Source: a virus (taxonomy: Duplodnaviria; Heunggongvirae; Uroviricota; Caudoviricetes). From it: 64,000 bases of DNA. Both the position numbers and the translations under genes were made by a program. The stretch covers positions 28,188 through 92,187 of IMG/VR virus record IMGVR_UViG_3300023118_000008, one strand, 5' to 3'. The notes beneath the pieces are model-generated. The model was given only the letters and a program-made list of their open reading frames with translations. It was not told the origin of the DNA and did no database searches. This document shows positions 19,108 through 26,771 of this stretch, piece after piece (the stretch's first letter is position 1; each line of letters starts with the position of its first letter).

Positions 19108-19578
19108 CTATTTGATATTAAGGTCTTTATATAAAATATCAATCACTTTATTAACTTCAATTGCCATATCAATATACAATGATTTATCTAGTTTAAGATC
19201 CTCTTGTACCATAGTCAGCTGAAAACTGCACATACTATGAATTTTGCTCACTAAGTCCATAATTGATTGTCTGCTCTTTTTATTTAAGTAAATACTGTTA
19301 CGCACAGACGCATTGTTTAATAGACTAACTGTTTCAACTGAACCTTTTGCATCGGGATTGCTTTCAAGAAACTCACTATCATATACATTTGACTCTAATT
19401 CAAATTTATAGTCAGTAAGTATCTTATAGATTTCTTGAAATGCTGGAATCTTGTGTTGATAAAGCAATTCTATCCTTTTGGAACGATTGACAAGAGCGTT
19501 AGTTACAATCCCTACTATTATACCACTGACTATTGGAGATAATACTGCTAGCCATTTAAAAAGTTCTGTGTTATCCAT
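19108..19578 (-). CDS. transposon cargo: N-terminally anchored membrane protein
   Basis: TM segment LAVLSPIVSGIIVGIVTNALV followed by a soluble domain. Confidence 0.5.
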   Translation of the reverse strand: MDNTELFKWLAVLSPIVSGIIVGIVTNALVNRSKRIELLYQHKIPAFQEIYKILTDYKFELESNVYDSEFLESNPDAKGSVETVSLLNNASVRNSIYLNKKSRQSIMDLVSKIHSMCSFQLTMVQEDLKLDKSLYIDMAIEVNKVIDILYKDLNIK

Positions 19579-19904
19579 TATCTAGTGAACGAATTTTTAT
19601 AGTCGTTGAATATGCCCTCAATCTGTTCCTTGATATACTCCAACTCCTCATTATCAGGATTTCTGCTTATGATATAGCCTTTATACAATTCGTCAGCCTG
19701 TTTAAATTTCCTTTCACTATTATCAAGACGAATTTGTAACTTTTCATGCATCTCTCTTGCGCTGATCGCCCTACTGATTCCAGAGGATTCAAAAGGCTTT
19801 AAGACCTCCCTTACGGTGTTTAAAAATTGTTCTTGCTCAGTCATATTTGAATAATTTAGAGGGGAATTTACAAAATAAAAAACTAATACTAACAATAAAG
19901 CCAC
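19578..19904 (-). CDS. transposon cargo: hypothetical protein (likely starts at the internal MTEQEQF)
   Basis: ORF on the minus strand within the cargo operon. Confidence 0.4.
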   Translation of the reverse strand: MALLLVLVFYFVNSPLNYSNMTEQEQFLNTVREVLKPFESSGISRAISAREMHEKLQIRLDNSERKFKQADELYKGYIISRNPDNEELEYIKEQIEGIFNDYKNSFTR

Positions 19905-19926
19905 TCATTTAAGTGGCTTTTTTAAT
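19897..19926. terminator. Hairpin AAGCCACT-CATTTA-AGTGGCTT followed by TTTTTT (T-run on the plus strand); lies between two minus-strand cargo genes
   Basis: Perfect 8-bp stem; the T-run is cleaner on the plus strand; possibly bidirectional. Confidence 0.45.
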
Positions 19927-20026
19927 TCTTAATATTATGGATAATGACGAAGATTTCCTAGATTTTTTAGACAAGCTGGAAATTTTGGTAAAAACTTTCC
20001 CGAATGACCAATCTGAAATTTTAGCT

Positions 20027-20275
20027 TTAATCGTGCAATACAGAAGAATGTTGAACCAAGATGATAAGACCTAAGAAGCTTTCTTTCGCCGATTGAGTAT
20101 TATTCTCAATATTATAGAGGTATTCTTTGGACTTTCCCAACGATTCACCCTTAAAATCAATTTTGGCAATCAGTTCAGATAATTCTTGAAATACTTTCGG
20201 TTTATGCTCTGGTATACTATTAGCAAATAAATATGCAAGTTCTACTATATGTTTTATGGTGGTATATTTGTTCAT
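20027..20275 (-). CDS. transposon cargo: hypothetical protein
   Basis: ORF on the minus strand. Confidence 0.4.
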   Translation of the reverse strand: MNKYTTIKHIVELAYLFANSIPEHKPKVFQELSELIAKIDFKGESLGKSKEYLYNIENNTQSAKESFLGLIILVQHSSVLHD

Positions 20276-20308
20276 ATTTTCAATTTTAAAGGTTATAAAT
20301 ATAGAAAT

Positions 20309-20596
20309 TTAAGGAATAAGAAAATCTTTAGCATTTGAGAAATTATTAATCAGAGCGTCATTACAACACTTTTTGATAATTTCCAAAACTTTTTTATGCG
20401 GGATATTATGACCTTGTGCTAGAAGCGAGCTTGCAGAATTATGAGATTTGTAAACATTCATAATTGCAAACCTCACATTTGACTCCGCAAGGAATTTCGA
20501 GCTTGGATCTTGTAGCATTATAGCTATTTCCTTGTCAATCGCTTTATCGACAGACTTTTTAAGTTTTTCTTCGGGGGTTGAGAATAGTCCAAACAT
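20309..20596 (-). CDS. transposon cargo: hypothetical protein
   Basis: ORF on the minus strand. Confidence 0.4.
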   Translation of the reverse strand: MFGLFSTPEEKLKKSVDKAIDKEIAIMLQDPSSKFLAESNVRFAIMNVYKSHNSASSLLAQGHNIPHKKVLEIIKKCCNDALINNFSNAKDFLIP

Positions 20597-20608
20597 TGTT
20601 TCAAGTTT

Positions 20609-21118
20609 TTAGGTTAGCCTTACTTTAAATTTTCTAAAGAAGATAAAGATTGAAGTTATGATTACTGTAAACAGAATTACGATTAGAAAGTCTTGCTTTG
20701 TTGCTGAAATGTAATATTCCAACTTTTTGGAGTATCCAAAATCATAGTGAAGTTGCGCCATATTCATAGGAGGATTTACAACCCTGACCTGATTACCGAA
20801 AGGAGTATTAAAGTCAATATAAGCAATTGGAGTATCTCCACTAACTTGCTCTGTAAATGATAATGTTTTTGGCTTGTAGGATGCCATAAAAGAAAACTTA
20901 CCTGTATGCTCAATTGCCAAGACTAAAAACCAACCAATAAAAAGAGATTTTAAAACATACTCCAACAGATAGCTTGGAATATTTACATCTTTTTTATCAG
21001 CAGTTGGGGCACTATTGCTTATTGCAGGATTTGGGACGCTTACTTTTATAGGCTTGTCATTAAAGGCAACCGCATAAAATACGATGCACATTGCTATAAA
21101 AATCAATGCTATTACCAT
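20609..21118 (-). CDS. transposon cargo: membrane protein (3 TM)
   Basis: Hydrophobic N-terminus, internal TM and C-terminal TM. Confidence 0.5.
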   Translation of the reverse strand: MVIALIFIAMCIVFYAVAFNDKPIKVSVPNPAISNSAPTADKKDVNIPSYLLEYVLKSLFIGWFLVLAIEHTGKFSFMASYKPKTLSFTEQVSGDTPIAYIDFNTPFGNQVRVVNPPMNMAQLHYDFGYSKKLEYYISATKQDFLIVILFTVIITSIFIFFRKFKVRLT

Positions 21119-21522
21119 AGGACTTAGAATTAAGCCACTATCAAACCCGAACAGTGAAGATTAGGTACAAAAAAGCGTGGGTTTGTAACTAAATCCTATC
21201 TATTAGAGGTTCTGGTAAACCTTACGACATAGAATAAGTACACCCACGCCTAAGCGTGAGCGAAAACCTATTCATTTTGCGTCGTTTTTTAAAAATTTAC
21301 CAGATTCCTAATTGACAAAATGAAAGCTAACGCTTATATTTTCGATATGTAAAGCACAAATATTATAAAATTTTGAGCAGAAAAGCAAGCGTTTGATTAA
21401 TATAAAATTTACACTTTTGGAAGCTAAAAAACTAAGCAGTATATTTGTAGTCAGCTGTTTAGGTTATTTCCTAATTAATATTTAGCATTTAATTACACTT
21501 AATTTTTGTAATTGGTGTAAAA

Positions 21523-22527
21523 TTGTTATATTTGAAAAAGAAAAACCACAAAGCTATGTTTAATAAAGACTTTAATTCGATTTTGGAAATTGCAAGGGAG
21601 TTTGCAACGGAAGAAAAATGTATAGCACATCTTGAAGAGCTATATTGGAATAACGAGCCACAAAGCCCTTTCAGCGAGGGAAGCAAAGTTTATAGATGTA
21701 AAAACGGTAAATATAAATGCAAGACTTCGGGAAAGTATTTTACAGTAAAGACAGGTTCGATGTTCGATAATACTAAAATCGAGCTTCCGAAGTGGTTTAT
21801 GGCTATTTGGATTATCACTTCAAATAAAAAGGGAGTAAGTTCCGTACAGCTTGCAAGAGATTTGCAGATAAGCCAAAAGTCGGCTTGGTTTATGACAATG
21901 AGAATCAGAAAATGCTTTGGTATTGAAAACGATACTGACGAGCAGTTTGAGGGAATTTGCGAAGCCGACGAAAGCTTTTTTGGTGGCAAGAACAAAAACC
22001 GCCATAAAGACAAAAAAGTTCCAATGTCGCAAGGACGTTCTTTTAAAGACAAAACACCTGCAATCGGGATCTTGCAAAGGGGAGAATCTGAAATCATAGA
22101 TGGCAAAAAAGTAATCAAATCTCATAGCAAGGTTAAGGTTATCGTTGGAGATAACACAAGAAGAGAAACAATCCAGCCATTTATCAAAAAAGTCCTAGTT
22201 AAAGACAGTGTATTGATTTCTGATGAATGGCACGGTTATCGAGGTTTGGACAGTATGTACGACCATCACGTTGTAGACCACGGAAAGAAGCAGTATGTTG
22301 ATTTTGACAATCCTGAAATACACTCAAATTCAATGGAAGGATTTTGGGGAATCATAAAGCGTTCTTATAATGGAATTCATAATTGGTGGAGCAAAAAACA
22401 CATGCAGAACTACCTAGATGAAAATGTATACCGCTTTAACCTGAGAGGCGAATCAAACTCTTACAGATTCAATACAGTAATCGCCAATTCTAAAATAAGA
22501 ACTAAATACAGAGAGTTGACAGCTTAA
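21523..22527 (+). CDS. IS1595-family (ISXO2-like) transposase
   Basis: N-terminal transposase zinc-ribbon (C..C...CKNGKYKCKTSG...), then LPKWFMAIWIITSNKKGVSSVQLARDLQISQKSAWFMTMRIR, then the C-terminal DDE_Tnp_IS1595 signature HSNSMEGFWGIIKRSYNGIHNWWSKKHMQNYLDENVYRFNLR. Confidence 0.85.
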   Translation: MLYLKKKNHKAMFNKDFNSILEIAREFATEEKCIAHLEELYWNNEPQSPFSEGSKVYRCKNGKYKCKTSGKYFTVKTGSMFDNTKIELPKWFMAIWIITSNKKGVSSVQLARDLQISQKSAWFMTMRIRKCFGIENDTDEQFEGICEADESFFGGKNKNRHKDKKVPMSQGRSFKDKTPAIGILQRGESEIIDGKKVIKSHSKVKVIVGDNTRRETIQPFIKKVLVKDSVLISDEWHGYRGLDSMYDHHVVDHGKKQYVDFDNPEIHSNSMEGFWGIIKRSYNGIHNWWSKKHMQNYLDENVYRFNLRGESNSYRFNTVIANSKIRTKYRELTA

Positions 22528-22558
22528 TTTACTAATTTTACAAACTTAAATGAAATGA

Positions 22559-22834
22559 ATGATTAAGATCCTGAAAAAAGAGAAGCTCCTGCTCGATGGA
22601 AATATCAGCAAGACGCAATTTGAGAATGAATGGTATTTTAACCTTGAAGATATAGCTTCCTATTTGGAAGAGGATTTATCCGAGGTTGAGAGCCTAGACC
22701 TCCCTCTATTGATTGAGGGCAAGCGGGAAACTAAACCAACCGCTACATTTGAGAATATAGAAAAAGGACGGAAAAAAGAAGAACTGTCAGACTTTAATAA
22801 GAAGCTTTTAAAAGCGAGATTTTTTAAGAAGTAA
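22559..22834 (+). CDS. hypothetical protein within the transposon
   Basis: ORF downstream of the transposase. Confidence 0.35.
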   Translation: MIKILKKEKLLLDGNISKTQFENEWYFNLEDIASYLEEDLSEVESLDLPLLIEGKRETKPTATFENIEKGRKKEELSDFNKKLLKARFFKK

Positions 22835-22862
22835 AATAGAGCAATGGTGGAACACTGCTCTA

Positions 22863-23113
22863 AGTATCGTTCTTGCTACTATTGTTCACAAGAGTTACAG
22901 TGATGGCATTCTACTTCTTCAACAGGAATAGTAAAGGGATGTCCTTGCGGAGCAATCTCTTTCCTACCGTTTCTAAAACGAGCCTGACGAAAAATCCACT
23001 TGTAACAAACGCCATCGAAAAGGTTGTAAAAGTGATTCATATCGGTTGACTAAAGTTCTGTCCATTACTAAAGTCTATCCAAAATTCAACAGTTGTACAA
23101 CAAGAACGATACT
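22863..23113. repeat. Nested 251-bp unit bounded by perfect 13-bp inverted repeats (AGTATCGTTCTTG / CAAGAACGATACT); encodes a 53-codon Cys-rich ORF on the minus strand
   Basis: Inverted repeats at 22863-22875 and 23101-23113; interior is relatively GC-rich. Confidence 0.45.
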
Positions 23114-23170
23114 ATAAAAATAGTAAATTTTCGGATACAAAAAGCCCCTAACTCAAAGGGGCTTAATTAT

Positions 23171-23359
23171 TTATGAGACTTTTTGAATCTTTTCTAAAAC
23201 TTCATCAAAAGAGAGTTCTGTATTAATGGTACCATTGACAGTTTTGATTGTGGTAGATATGGAAGTATTTTCTGTATTTGTATGCACTTCTACAATATAT
23301 TTAACATTGATGGAGTGCTTTCTTTCATATTCATCAACAATTATAATTGAACCTTTCAT
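23171..23359 (-). CDS. hypothetical small protein within the transposon
   Basis: 62-aa ORF. Confidence 0.3.
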   Translation of the reverse strand: MKGSIIIVDEYERKHSINVKYIVEVHTNTENTSISTTIKTVNGTINTELSFDEVLEKIQKVS

Positions 23360-23443
23360 AACTTTATTGCTTTAAATTAGTTTGAAAAGTACAAAAAATT
23401 AAAAGAATCCAAAACAAATAATATTAACCCAATACCTTAACTT

Positions 23444-23481
23444 TACTTCGCGGGAAAAAGAACTAGAAACAGTTCAAAAAT
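23444..23481 (+). promoter_or_regulatory. Recurrent motif copy (cttCGCGGGaaaaagaactagaaacagttcaaaaatc) inside the transposon, abutting the right terminal repeat and facing outward
   Basis: Motif family; the same 100-bp unit occurs inverted at 39057-39160. Confidence 0.5.
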
Positions 23482-23506
23482 CTTGTGTAAAGTGGGTATA
23501 CTTACC
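23482..23506. repeat. Right terminal inverted repeat of the transposon
   Basis: cttgtgtaaagtgggtatacttacc. Confidence 0.85.
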
Positions 23507-23518
23507 TTAATCTTTTCC

Positions 23519-23580
23519 CGCCACTTTAAGCAGGCAGTCCCGAAATAATAAGGGGCGAGGTTCGATTCCTTGAGTGGCAC
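23519..23580 (+). ncRNA. 62-nt tRNA-like element: 7-bp acceptor-like stem plus canonical T-arm (CGAGG-TTCGATT-CCTTG), no recognisable D or anticodon arm
   Basis: 5' CGCCACT/GCCACTT pairs with 3' GAGTGGC(A). GGTTCGATTCC T-loop. 30-nt central region with a possible GTCCC/GGGGC stem. Starts 4 bp after the right target-site duplication. Confidence 0.4.
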
Positions 23581-23929
23581 TAATTTTAAAAACATAAAAA
23601 CTATGAACTTCCTAACAGATAATAAAAGACTACTAAAGTCTTCAAATTTCAAAACCTATCAAGATAAAGATAATCATCGAATTAAGGTAGATTTGAATTT
23701 GCATACAGATATTGACAAATTTGAAAAGAAAATACAAGAAATAGGTAAGGAGAACAGACAGTTTAAAGCATTAATGACGGCTTACGATTACCTTTTAGTT
23801 AATTTACCGTATGCTCAAAGAGATACAATGGAAGCACAAGGGGTTTTATCTTCAATGAGAAGTGCTATTTTAGATTTCTACGATGAAGATTCAGAAGAAT
23901 ACCAAAAACTATATGAAAAATACGTTTAG
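23570..23929 (+). CDS. hypothetical protein (probable start at the ATG at 23604, MNFLTDNK)
   Basis: ORF; the track start overlaps the tRNA-like element. Confidence 0.45.
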   Translation: MSGTNFKNIKTMNFLTDNKRLLKSSNFKTYQDKDNHRIKVDLNLHTDIDKFEKKIQEIGKENRQFKALMTAYDYLLVNLPYAQRDTMEAQGVLSSMRSAILDFYDEDSEEYQKLYEKYV

Positions 23930-24123
23930 TTTATGAAAGAACAGCTTAGAAACCTTATCTTGAAATTAGAGCAAGAAAATAAAGATAGAAGTATTGTTTT
24001 AAATGATAGTAATTGTAGTGAGTATGCACATACAGTTTTAACGCATAAGTATAATAATACTTTAGATATTTTAAAACAGTTGAAAGAAATATTACTTTCT
24101 TCTTAACCTTTTTACGGCGAATT

Positions 24124-24297
24124 ATGAAAATAGGAGATAGAGTTAAATACAAAACAAGCAAAAACAGCTTAAAGGAATACCACGGATTTATTTTAGGCTT
24201 TAAAGCAGATAAGATTAACGTTTCTAAGTACAGATATAGTGATTTTTCAGGTCATGAATTACCGCCAACTTGGATAGATAAAGAAGATTTAATATGA
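24124..24297 (+). CDS. small hypothetical protein (57 aa, MKIGDRVKYK...)
   Basis: Short ORF preceded by a degenerate motif (tttacggcgaatt). Confidence 0.3.
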   Translation: MKIGDRVKYKTSKNSLKEYHGFILGFKADKINVSKYRYSDFSGHELPPTWIDKEDLI

Positions 24298-24445
24298 AAA
24301 CCTACCAATTATCACACGGAAAGAATAAAGACTGCTACGTCATCAACCTAAATAACGGAGAGACAAGACAGTTTAAAAAGAAAAGATTATTTGCTAACAC
24401 TCTAGCTTTCCTAGTTAAGGAAGGTTATAAACAGACTTATTAGCT

Positions 24446-24610
24446 ATGAGAAATATACTAACAATAGTTTCAGCTGTTTTGATTCTTTATTTAGCTTTTT
24501 TATGCGGCGAAAAATCAAGACAAGAAGAAATAGAAAACAGAGTAGAAACAAAAGAATGCTATTCTAAAGAAGACTTAGAGTATATAATCTTCGCAGGAAC
24601 GCAAAAATAA
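24446..24610 (+). CDS. small putative lipoprotein (54 aa; lipobox LAFLCGE)
   Basis: Signal-like N-terminus followed by a Cys. Confidence 0.3.
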   Translation: MRNILTIVSAVLILYLAFLCGEKSRQEEIENRVETKECYSKEDLEYIIFAGTQK

Positions 24611-24678
24611 GCTGTTACAGACACTTTAAACTAATTTTGGTACTCTGATACCACTTAACAAATTAAAACCTCTTAAAA

Positions 24679-24951
24679 ATGAAACTCACTAGCCAAGAAT
24701 TTAAGTCCACTCTAAACAATTTAGAACGACTACAGAGATTTAAAAAGCCCTTGACAGACTTCTTTGATAAGTTTGTATATTGTAATACTCATCCCACAGA
24801 TGATTCATTATGTGAGTTTTATTTACTGTCTCAAGAATTTGCGGGAGAAGAAAACTTAAAAAATATTGACGTTGAAGTAGAAGAAACAGCTTTAAAATTG
24901 GCGAGATTATTAGAATTAAAAGAGAGACAGTTAAAAGAAAGCTTATTATGA
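24679..24951 (+). CDS. hypothetical protein
   Basis: ORF on the coding strand. Confidence 0.45.
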   Translation: MKLTSQEFKSTLNNLERLQRFKKPLTDFFDKFVYCNTHPTDDSLCEFYLLSQEFAGEENLKNIDVEVEETALKLARLLELKERQLKESLL

Positions 24952-25099
24952 AAACGCAAACCAAGGCACAAGCAATTGCAATTAAAAATGCTTTTGTAAA
25001 GGAGGGTAAAAACGTATCTATCTATAAATTTGCAACCAAAAGAAAATATCAATACTTTGTAGGTAGTTGGTGGGAATGGTTGGCTAAAATATCTTAACT

Positions 25100-25324
25100 A
25101 TGAAAGACAAACACATAGAAGCTTTTAAGCTCATATTTATAATACTCCTTTGTTATTCTGGCGGAGTTTATGTGGGAAGTATGGGGAAAAATAAAATAGA
25201 TTTACCCGAAGAAATAAGTCAAGTAAAACCAACAGATACTTTAAAAGGCTATTATGATTCGAAAGGAGTTTTGCACATAGAGTTTAACAACAAAAGAAAT
25301 CAAAAATGGAAGAATATACAATAA
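25100..25324 (+). CDS. small membrane/secreted protein
   Basis: N-terminal hydrophobic segment. Confidence 0.4.
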   Translation: MKDKHIEAFKLIFIILLCYSGGVYVGSMGKNKIDLPEEISQVKPTDTLKGYYDSKGVLHIEFNNKRNQKWKNIQ

Positions 25325-25630
25325 CTACAATCGGAGAGACATTCAAGACAGAGGACTTTCAAGAAGCTCAAGAGTATTGGGAAGAGTTATCGGATGAAAA
25401 TAAAGAAGATGCTGAGTATTTCAAGAAGACTTGGGAAAAGTTTGGCGGTATGTGGGTGGAAACAAACTATGAAATCTTAAGCTAAAAATTATGATAAAAG
25501 TAGAAATAAGAGAGTATGAAAGAGGATGGGGAAATAAAGTAGATGCGGTAAAAGAATTTGATACTTTAGAAGAAGCTCAGGAATTTTGCAAGGATTTTAA
25601 TAGTGTGAATGATTCAGAATACGCGCCTGA

Positions 25631-25822
25631 TTGGTATATGGCTGCGTCTATCATTTAAAAATCATAAATATGGGCGCGGAAAAAAGAGTTAAAATAACAT
25701 TGTCTTTAGAAGACTTAAAACAAATACTAATACAAGAACTGCTTTTAATTCCCTATGAAGATACAGTGGAGTTAGAGTACACAGAAAAAGGTTTAACCAT
25801 AAAATATTTAGAAGATGAATAG
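25631..25822 (+). CDS. hypothetical protein (likely start at 25670, MGAEKRVK; the motif overlaps the start codon)
   Basis: ORF whose first 10 codons are encoded by a motif copy (atgggcgcggaaaaaagagttaaaataac). Confidence 0.4.
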   Translation: MVYGCVYHLKIINMGAEKRVKITLSLEDLKQILIQELLLIPYEDTVELEYTEKGLTIKYLEDE

Positions 25823-26042
25823 ACTGTTATTACTATTGTTCATAACTGTTTCTTGCGCCGTAAAAGAACCTAAAGGAGAAATAAAAACCCTGAAAGGAAC
25901 AGTAGATAAAATAGAAGGTAAAAGAGCTATTTTTGTAAACAACATAAAGATTTGTAACTATTTTGGAAACAAAAAGCAAGGAGATTCCATAGAAATAAAC
26001 TACATTGAAACTAAATATCAAAACGAATACATAAACAAATGA
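25815..26042 (+). CDS. small lipoprotein/secreted protein
   Basis: Signal peptide LLLLLFITVSCAV. Confidence 0.4.
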   Translation: MNRLLLLLFITVSCAVKEPKGEIKTLKGTVDKIEGKRAIFVNNIKICNYFGNKKQGDSIEINYIETKYQNEYINK

Positions 26043-26275
26043 AAACAATTATAATAACATTTTTACTATTATTCTCAATAGTAACATTCGCGCAAGATGA
26101 AGAAGTAAGACCAGGGAATGGTCAATGTAATGGACATTATGTAGGAGATGGGCATCCAAGCTTCCATCCTTGCCATTTAGATGATCCTGCCCAAGTGCCT
26201 ATAAACGATGAGCTTTTTATACTAGGCTCGATAATTTTAATTGGCAGTTTCGCCTTCTTGAAACTTAAGAAATGA
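26039..26275 (+). CDS. small secreted/membrane protein
   Basis: N-terminal signal and C-terminal TM. Confidence 0.4.
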   Translation: MKTIIITFLLLFSIVTFAQDEEVRPGNGQCNGHYVGDGHPSFHPCHLDDPAQVPINDELFILGSIILIGSFAFLKLKK

Positions 26276-26413
26276 GACTCCTAGCGATTTTGTTCCTTTT
26301 GAACTTAGTATGCGCAATTGGTTTTCTGATTGCCTTGGAGTTTTTGTATTTGGGAATTTGTATTTTACTGGTTTTTCCTTTAAGCGCGGCAATAATAAAA
26401 ACAATAGAAAAAG

Positions 26414-26593
26414 ATGAGTTACATCGTAAAAAGAAATAGTCAATACTACACAAGAGAAGACAAACAAACAGTTTTTGTTTTAGAGGAATCACAAGCTTTT
26501 AAATTTCAAGAGCGTCAAGTAGCGCAAGCTAAAGCAAATTCCCTAAAAATATTCTATGGAGGTCAACCCTTTGAAGTCATAAAAATTGGATAA
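26414..26593 (+). CDS. small hypothetical protein (59 aa)
   Basis: ORF just under the track cutoff, preceded by a variant motif. Confidence 0.3.
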   Translation: MSYIVKRNSQYYTREDKQTVFVLEESQAFKFQERQVAQAKANSLKIFYGGQPFEVIKIG

Positions 26594-26771
26594 AGATATA
26601 TATTCTAAAACAAAATTAATAGCCTTCAAATGCCTAAAGACAGGTAGAAGCTGTATAAATTCACATAGTGTCAATCATACAGAAGATTGGATTATTACGG
26701 GCGGAGGTTATTTTTACAATAGAAAAACAAAAGAACAGGCAGAAATATTAATTAAAAGAGATAAAAAATAA
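26586..26771 (+). CDS. hypothetical protein (TTG start in the track)
   Basis: Small ORF on the coding strand. Confidence 0.3.
   Translation: MDKDIYSKTKLIAFKCLKTGRSCINSHSVNHTEDWIITGGGYFYNRKTKEQAEILIKRDKK

Larger units (their letters stand above)
18483..23506. mobile_element. 5,024-bp IS1595-family transposon (passenger-carrying) with perfect 25-bp terminal inverted repeats and an 8-bp target-site duplication TTAATCTT
   Basis: Left repeat 18483-18507 ggtaagtatacccactttacacaag equals the exact reverse complement of the right repeat 23482-23506. Direct repeat ttaatctt at 18475-18482 and 23507-23514. IS1595-family transposase gene inside. An 8-bp duplication is characteristic of the IS1595 family. 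Confidence 0.85.

Noticed and set aside
21380-22600. Separate short terminal repeats bounding only the transposase gene (a 1-kb IS nested inside the 5-kb element)
   Set aside because: Only weak, gapped similarity was found between about 21490-21515 and about 22530-22560 (TTTGTAATTGGTGTAAAATTG versus TTTGTAAAATTAGTAAATTAAG). The perfect 25-bp repeats with a flanking 8-bp duplication define the 5-kb unit much more convincingly. Not excluded; an ISfinder check is needed.
23519-23580. tmRNA (ssrA) interpretation of the tRNA-like element
   Set aside because: At 62 nt it is far too short for a tag reading frame and pseudoknots; no ANDENYALAA-type ORF or resume codon follows.
18451-23590. Idea that the transposon inserted into and split a tRNA gene, with the 23519-23580 element as its 3' half
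   Set aside because: Joining the sequence left of 18475 to the sequence right of 23514 through one copy of the duplication gives no 5' half with a D-arm or anticodon arm. The tRNA-like element's own 5' strand (GCCACTT) lies entirely to the right of the insertion, so the element is intact and merely adjacent.
24481-24520. Motif-like tgcggcgaaaaatcaag at 24490 as another promoter copy
   Set aside because: It lies inside a plausible small lipoprotein ORF (encodes the lipobox ...LCGEKS) and lacks the A-rich tail; probably coincidental.
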